NCBI GenBank assembly: GCA_965657355.1
Contig: CBFHOE010000001.1
Location: forward strand, 507,559 to 519,902
DNA from: Limisphaerales bacterium
GTDB taxonomy: Bacteria; Verrucomicrobiota; Verrucomicrobiia; Limisphaerales; JAJOIW01
Reading direction: 5' to 3'
Length of the DNA: 12,344 nucleotides
A model generated the notes under the pieces. The model was not told where the DNA came from, did not search any database, and saw only the letters and a program-made list of their open reading frames with translations. The position numbers were made by a program, and so were the translations under genes. This document shows, in pieces, positions 6,532 to 12,344 of the stretch. Position 1 is the stretch's first letter; every line of letters starts with the position of its first letter.

Positions 6532-8772
6532 TTAGGGAGTGGTAGTGGCAGGAAAAAAGTCTACTGGAGAGTTTATTTTCCTAATAGAAAACCGGACTGG
6601 TTTTGAAGTGCTTCCGCAGTCACTCATACAAGAGGTCAAGTATTTTCCTTCAGGGAGATTAAGTTTTAATATTCGGCCACTTTCAGTCCTTCCAATAAAC
6701 TCACCATTGAGAAACCAATATCCTTTCCGAAGATTATTTTCATTGTTTTTGAGCGAAAAAGTGACCGATTCATATTTATTGAAACTCACGTAATGGGTGG
6801 CTGCTGGAGATGCAATTTCTAATTTTCGATTTTGACCAGCCTCCTCTTGGATTGATCTAGTTAATGTATCGGATGAGTGCAATGTACATTGGGATAATGT
6901 AATACCTCTGCAGACTTGTTGTTGTGTCTTGCTGGGACATGATCTAGTTGCTCTTTTGTAAGTGTCTAAACAGACCCATTCCTTTTTAGGCAGCGGGAGG
7001 TCCCAATGAGGAATTTGGTTCGTATGAAATTTTGTGTCTAATTCTAAATTGTTCAGAATATCAAGGGCAACAGGTTGCGCCGCGTGCAATCCGATTAAAT
7101 CTGGATCACTCTTCCTTGACTTAAAACCAACCCAGACACCGATTGTGTATTTTGGAGAAATAGCGAAGCACCATGCATCTTTGTGTCCATTGGAAGTACC
7201 AGTTTTCCATGCAACTTTTTTGCCAATCAATCCCGGGAAATTTCTTTCTGTAAGGCATGACAATAGCATTTTAGCACTATCGGCGTTCAATTCATTTCGA
7301 GCATGCTGGGATTCCCAAAAAATTCGATGATATCCCATTGTAAGGTCAATTAATCGAACTTCCTTACTTCCAAGAGCCAGGGATAATCCATAATCAAAAG
7401 AATCGAAATGGTTGTTCAAAACGCCATAATCTAAAAGTATATCGGTAAAGCTCTCCACTGTTACTTGTGAAAGAAGTTTCACTGCTGGAATATTAAGGGA
7501 CTGATTGAGTGCAGATGAAGCGGATACCCAATCCCTCATTTTGTGGTCGTAGTTGTTGGGTTTGTAGTCATGCGAGATTCGTTCGGAGGCGGGGTTGTTC
7601 CAATTATCGCTTAATTTAGTGTTGTTAATGATAATGCCTTTACGGATCGCAAGAAGGTATATCCAGGGCTTTAATGCAGATCCCGGGGACCTATGAAACC
7701 TGGTCGTATTTATGAATCCGAATGGGACGCTGGGATTCAAATCCCCGTATTCACAAATGATTTGACCGGTGCTGTTTTCAATGACCACAACTGATTTATT
7801 CCATTTGTCGCCTATCCCTATATTAGAATGCTTATCCTCAAGGAAACAGTTTGCCACATCCCTGTATACCAATGCATCAAAATGGGTTTTATATTTATGT
7901 GAAGTATTTTTGACAGGTATTGAGAGACACTCTGGGATAGACGTGAAATGAGGAAAAGAATTCTCATATTTTTGATACCGGGGAAAGTAAATATCTCTCA
8001 CATACGGTGTAAAAAGATTAGGATTCGTTTCATGTGGTGCCAAAGTCGCTTTTATCATTTGTTGGGTGATCATTCTTTGGCGCTTTAGGCATTTCTGAGG
8101 AAATTTATCTGGTCTTAGCTTATTTGGATTCTGAGGAATAGCAGCCAACATTGTCGCCTCGTAAAAGTTGAGGGCCTTTGCTTCTTTCCCAAAGTAGTAA
8201 AATGATGCTGCCTCAATTCCTTCAATATTTTTTCCAAATGGTAAAACGTTGATGTAGGACTCCAAAATCCATTCTTTAGAACGTATTCTTTCCAAATGAA
8301 GAGCTCTAAAAGATTGTTTCATTTTAGCAACTATTCCTTTTGGCTCCGGTTGAGTAAGTCGAGCTAACTGCATTGTGATAGTCGAAGCCCCACTTATGAC
8401 TTTTCTATTATGAATAAGTTGTTTTGCCGCTCGGATGCATGAAGCTATGTCGACACCATTGTGATCCCAAAACCTTTTATCTTCCGTGTTGATTATGGCC
8501 TTAACAAAATAGTCTGAAGATTGATCTAGATTTATAGGCATTCTCCATGCGTCGTCCTCTGATACATGAGCCCAAATAATTCGATCCTCCTTATCGAAAA
8601 AAACGGAGGATGAACATGCAAGTTTTTGCTCTAGTTGAAGAATGTCAAAAGGGAATAAGAAGATTCCCACCTCTATGGCTAATAATAAAAAAGTAAAAAT
8701 AAAAATGGGCGTTAATCCAATGCAGAATATGGATTTCTTTTTCGCTCTTATTTTATCCCATAGTCTTTTCAT
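6532..8772 (-). CDS. pbpC: Penicillin-binding protein 1C (class A, transglycosylase/transpeptidase)
   Basis: 746 aa with N-terminal TM anchor. GT51 motifs EDKRFWDHNGVD, GASTITMQLAR and KEWILESYIN. Transpeptidase motifs SALK (7669-7680), SLN and KTGT (KTG 7198-7206). C-terminal PBP1C-type beta domain (YWFLNG). Lies directly downstream of an alpha-2-macroglobulin gene. Confidence 0.93.
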   Translation of the reverse strand: MKRLWDKIRAKKKSIFCIGLTPIFIFTFLLLAIEVGIFLFPFDILQLEQKLACSSSVFFDKEDRIIWAHVSEDDAWRMPINLDQSSDYFVKAIINTEDKRFWDHNGVDIASCIRAAKQLIHNRKVISGASTITMQLARLTQPEPKGIVAKMKQSFRALHLERIRSKEWILESYINVLPFGKNIEGIEAASFYYFGKEAKALNFYEATMLAAIPQNPNKLRPDKFPQKCLKRQRMITQQMIKATLAPHETNPNLFTPYVRDIYFPRYQKYENSFPHFTSIPECLSIPVKNTSHKYKTHFDALVYRDVANCFLEDKHSNIGIGDKWNKSVVVIENSTGQIICEYGDLNPSVPFGFINTTRFHRSPGSALKPWIYLLAIRKGIIINNTKLSDNWNNPASERISHDYKPNNYDHKMRDWVSASSALNQSLNIPAVKLLSQVTVESFTDILLDYGVLNNHFDSFDYGLSLALGSKEVRLIDLTMGYHRIFWESQHARNELNADSAKMLLSCLTERNFPGLIGKKVAWKTGTSNGHKDAWCFAISPKYTIGVWVGFKSRKSDPDLIGLHAAQPVALDILNNLELDTKFHTNQIPHWDLPLPKKEWVCLDTYKRATRSCPSKTQQQVCRGITLSQCTLHSSDTLTRSIQEEAGQNRKLEIASPAATHYVSFNKYESVTFSLKNNENNLRKGYWFLNGEFIGRTESGRILKLNLPEGKYLTSCMSDCGSTSKPVRFSIRKINSPVDFFPATTTP

Positions 8773-8808
8773 TCTTGATTGTTAATGTCATATAAATGCT
8801 AAGTTAAC

Positions 8809-11800
8809 TTAATCTATGCTGACTCGATCTTTGCCGGCAGACGTGGCTCGGATTTCAGGCGCATACATTACTTCTGCATATGCTGGTGGAATTGAAAAAT
8901 CCCCTCGATACCGGACTCTAGCTTTATATCGTATTTGTGAAGCTTCTTTTAATTTATCTCCAAAAAAGATGATCCTATCTTCCCTAGTATCACAGTGCTT
9001 TAAATTAAATCCTACCAACTGAGGTGCTACTGATGATACTGGAACTAGAAAGCCAGGAAATGGGTCTACGATCACAATATCTTTATAATTACTGTTTTCT
9101 GGAATGTGAATCTCTACCTCGATCTCCTCACCATCTTTCCATTCCGGAGGTGCATTCATTGAGTCGTTTTTAAAATATTTTTTGATTAGAGAGAAATGAG
9201 ATTTTGAGTCATCGATTTTTAGATTTTTTTCATTATCAGTTGGAATGTCGCCGGGAAGATTATCTCCAATTACTTTGGGAATGCCTGATTGATAGATGTT
9301 AATGGTTAGATTAGATTCACCCTCATTTTTGACGATGAATTTCGGTTCTACTCCTGAAAATGTTTTTGTGAATGGGGCCTCCTTTCCAAAAGAAACAGCC
9401 TCTTCATCATTCAGTTTAATTGAACCCAAAGGAGGGATATAGCTGGTTTGATTCTGCAAATATTGTCCCATTCCTACAGCCACGTTTGCATTGTTAAAAG
9501 TGGTGGCCCAAGTTCCGTTTTGATGTTTTCTCTCGGATAAATATCCTATGACTTTGCTTGTAAGTTGGCTCTCTGGATTAATTTCTGAGATAATTCCTAG
9601 GGCCATTCCGGCCGCTGCAACATCGCTTAAGATATCCCTTTCAATCTTTTTAGAGGGAAAGATATCTTTGAATGCGAGGCGATCCAAAATCTCATAGGCT
9701 TTATCTCTTTGCCCGGCTGCACAAAAAGTACCAGCTATAAAGAGCTTAGCCCTGTTGCTAGTGTTATAGTCAGCTAAAATAGCATCTAAATAATGCAAGT
9801 CTGCTTCTCCAAAAAGTGAGAGCACATACAAAAAATAGCTGACGTCCTCGGATGCTTCAAATGACCCCAGCCTCTCTGGACGTGACATTTTTGTGAGCCA
9901 AAACCTGAGTTCCTTTTCAAAAATGTTGCCCAACTTAAATCCGGAATTTTTGGCTTTGGCAATAAAGTGCGAGGCATAGATACTGGCGACATGCCAAGGC
10001 CGCTGCCGGTAGGCATTCGGATTATTTTGCCCCCACATATTGAATCCCTGACCGCTCCAAAATTTGAGTTCCAAATTTTCCAATGCGGAGTATATGATTT
10101 TGGCCCCTGATTCTGGATCAATAGACTCACCTGAGCCCGCAAATTCTTGAAGATAAAGGTTCGGAAATGCTCCGCTGACTGTTTGTTCAAGGCAACCGTA
10201 AGGGTACGTGTTCAACCACCTGAGGGAGTTTTTAATTGAGCCCAGATGCGTGTCATTAATTTCAATATGTGTTTTTGAGGTTTTTAAGATAAATGGCGAT
10301 CGGATAAAACCTTTTAATTCCTGTCCAGCCGGCACGATTATTGTTCTAGAAATGAAATCTCTTGGCTTTGCTGATCTTACCGAAGTGGTCAGGCTGAACG
10401 ATTTTGAAAAGTCTCCACTCTCTAATAAAAATTTCATCTCCGCGTTCCCCAAAAAACCATCGATTGGTGTCAGTGCGAAATTTACCGACTGAGTCCCTCC
10501 TGAAGGAAGGGTTAAGGTCCTCGTTGGTTTTCCTTCTTTAATTTTAAGGCCGGTTGCTTCTAAAATTAGTCTAATGTCTGCTTGTTCATTTTGAGAATTT
10601 GTTAGTAATGCTGAGACTTGGAAATTGTCCTCGGAAGTTACAGCGACAGGGCCGCCTAGATGAACGCTAATTGGATTAGTGAGGGTGACCTCATCTTCTG
10701 CATATCCAATTTGATCTTCATTGATAGCGATCGCAAATATTTTCATTTTTCCGTCTAATTCAGGCCACTCAAAACTTGCTGAGGCTTCACCAGTATCATC
10801 AATATAAAGAGTATCGAGGGAGAAGGTGGCCAATTTCTCCAAATCTCGATTGAATGGATTGAGATATATTCCTCCGACACCTCCACCGATAGCCGACTTC
10901 CTATTAAGTTCCTCAATGAGATAAGGATTAGGGAAGATTTGCTCAAACATGTCGTGAAATTCCGCATTCAATTTTCTTGGACCGTATAACCCTTTATAAG
11001 GCTTGAGTGTATTTGATGAAGAGGAAGGAATAAGTCCTGTGTCGACGCCGAATAAGTGAACCGCGCCAGAAGTTGGCTTGCCTTTGGAGCTTAGTTTTAT
11101 CAATACCTGTGCGCTTTCGCCTGGCCCGGGAATGTTTGAATATTCACAGCTAACATCCATTCTCTTATTCGCTTGGTCTAGTTGGATATGCTCCCTTCCA
11201 ATCATTCTCGAGGGAAGGGACCTTGAAGTTTCTAGCTCAGGGTTAGGAATGAATGTAACGATAAAATGCACAGAGCCAAATTGGGATTGGGGTAATTTTA
11301 CTGGGATTTTTTGATTCCCTTGCTCATAGTAACTGACGCTAGAAATAGAATCATGGCCGAACTGTTTATCAATCCTGACATATCCAGAGACCGGTAATTC
11401 AAATTCAAGTAAGGTCTCCTCTCCTGGAATTCTTGAGCCTTTAGCTGTAATGTCTAAATACCTAACATCTTCTTGAGCCTCATAAGTAGATTTTGAATAG
11501 CTAGGACTAAATTTTCTTGAGCTAATTATTTTGTCGCCTTGTTGGAATTGGATGACATGAGGCGCGTAGAACTCTAACCCTGCAAGATCGATTGCGCCTG
11601 AGTTTTCCCCAGAAGGTATATTACCTGACAGAACCTTTTCTAAATGATTCACCCTACTCCATGCATATTGACCACTGCCGTTATCGATCATCTTCCGCTG
11701 AGATGTCTCTCTGTAGATATCCCAGGTTAGTGGATCTTGGAGGCTGTGATTTTCAAATTTATCATCAACGGCAACCCATTTCAGCATGGGTAAATCTCGG

Positions 11801-12344
11801 GCTTCCTCATCAACCATTGTTCCGATTATAAAGGGATGGGTGATCGCTAATAATATATCATGGTGATGTTGTGTCTCTCCGGCTCCGTTGAAAACGTCTA
11901 TGGTGAGATCGCAAGTGAATGACTCTGAATTTATCCATTGAGCAGGTGGTGTGAACTTGAGAAGCCCGATACCTTCCTCGTCTGTTCTAGTTTCTATTTT
12001 GAGATCATTGAGACGAATTTTGTCTTGTGCCGAGGTGAAGTTATATTCTCGATATGTATTAGAGGGTGAAACAAAGGCTCTAGGTTTTGCTGACAAAGTT
12101 GCTCTAAATCCTTTCGAAGGCTGACCAAATAAAAACTCCGCTTTGATTGTCGTGCTAATCAAGCTATTCCTATCTGATAGCTGAACAATGCTAGGTATAC
12201 TAACGGGTTCGACTTTGAATGTGTCGGGCTTCAAAAATCTCACAATGATGGAGGCTTGATCCCAAACAATTTCTGGTTGCCCCGGTGCATGAATAGACAA
12301 TTTATACGTACCCGAATTGGTGTTTTCAGGTAGAACGAAGTGGC
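8809..12344 (-). CDS. yfhM: Bacterial alpha-2-macroglobulin (YfhM-like), 5'-truncated by the window edge
   Basis: Thioester motif YPYGCLEQ (CLEQ at 10183-10194), FLKPDTFKV, A.FLFGQP, VHLFGVDTG, WATTFNNA, DTREDR and PPAYAEVMYAPE. The frame stays open past 12300 to the edge (...HFVLPENTNSGTYKLSI), so the TTG at 12300 is probably not the true start. 36 bp upstream of pbpC. Confidence 0.93.
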   Translation of the reverse strand, partial: HFVLPENTNSGTYKLSIHAPGQPEIVWDQASIIVRFLKPDTFKVEPVSIPSIVQLSDRNSLISTTIKAEFLFGQPSKGFRATLSAKPRAFVSPSNTYREYNFTSAQDKIRLNDLKIETRTDEEGIGLLKFTPPAQWINSESFTCDLTIDVFNGAGETQHHHDILLAITHPFIIGTMVDEEARDLPMLKWVAVDDKFENHSLQDPLTWDIYRETSQRKMIDNGSGQYAWSRVNHLEKVLSGNIPSGENSGAIDLAGLEFYAPHVIQFQQGDKIISSRKFSPSYSKSTYEAQEDVRYLDITAKGSRIPGEETLLEFELPVSGYVRIDKQFGHDSISSVSYYEQGNQKIPVKLPQSQFGSVHFIVTFIPNPELETSRSLPSRMIGREHIQLDQANKRMDVSCEYSNIPGPGESAQVLIKLSSKGKPTSGAVHLFGVDTGLIPSSSSNTLKPYKGLYGPRKLNAEFHDMFEQIFPNPYLIEELNRKSAIGGGVGGIYLNPFNRDLEKLATFSLDTLYIDDTGEASASFEWPELDGKMKIFAIAINEDQIGYAEDEVTLTNPISVHLGGPVAVTSEDNFQVSALLTNSQNEQADIRLILEATGLKIKEGKPTRTLTLPSGGTQSVNFALTPIDGFLGNAEMKFLLESGDFSKSFSLTTSVRSAKPRDFISRTIIVPAGQELKGFIRSPFILKTSKTHIEINDTHLGSIKNSLRWLNTYPYGCLEQTVSGAFPNLYLQEFAGSGESIDPESGAKIIYSALENLELKFWSGQGFNMWGQNNPNAYRQRPWHVASIYASHFIAKAKNSGFKLGNIFEKELRFWLTKMSRPERLGSFEASEDVSYFLYVLSLFGEADLHYLDAILADYNTSNRAKLFIAGTFCAAGQRDKAYEILDRLAFKDIFPSKKIERDILSDVAAAGMALGIISEINPESQLTSKVIGYLSERKHQNGTWATTFNNANVAVGMGQYLQNQTSYIPPLGSIKLNDEEAVSFGKEAPFTKTFSGVEPKFIVKNEGESNLTINIYQSGIPKVIGDNLPGDIPTDNEKNLKIDDSKSHFSLIKKYFKNDSMNAPPEWKDGEEIEVEIHIPENSNYKDIVIVDPFPGFLVPVSSVAPQLVGFNLKHCDTREDRIIFFGDKLKEASQIRYKARVRYRGDFSIPPAYAEVMYAPEIRATSAGKDRVSID

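Noticed and set aside
797..11831. Other short track ORFs (797-1021, 1796-1981, 3155-3424, 4855-5070, 6539-6793, 7034-7330, 7769-7951, 8816-9022, 9786-10190, 10208-10492, 10755-10967, 11078-11314, 11592-11831)
   Set aside because: All lie within or antisense to well-supported genes and show no recognisable motifs.
12298..12300. TTG as the alpha-2-macroglobulin start
   Set aside because: The frame is open to the window edge, there is no signal peptide, and the N-terminal MG domains are missing.
1..12344. CRISPR array, IS element, prophage, tRNA/rRNA
   Set aside because: No regularly spaced repeats, terminal inverted repeats, recombinase or phage genes, or cloverleaf/rRNA motifs were seen.

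Overview
AT-rich bacterial chromosomal window with no transposase, integrase, reverse transcriptase, CRISPR array, tRNA or rRNA visible. It opens with the probable 3' end of an upstream gene (1-54). Next come a 599-aa pseudokinase / single-TM / FGE-sulfatase(SUMF1)-like protein, a convergent tail-anchored GNAT-like protein, a TrmH/SpoU RNA methyltransferase, a rhomboid protease, and a secreted sulfatase with a CSPSL motif and a clear terminator. A ~930-bp AT-rich gap follows, holding a small basic orphan ORF with a good sigma70-like promoter and many hairpins. The window ends with the known alpha-2-macroglobulin (5'-truncated) + PBP1C pair on the minus strand. The gene content suggests a Verrucomicrobiota/PVC-type organism (inference only). 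I cannot claim a new system with confidence. The best leads are the two adjacent membrane-anchored apparent pseudoenzymes, a candidate rod-shaped ncRNA at ~4026-4195, and the structured 5604-6531 intergenic region.
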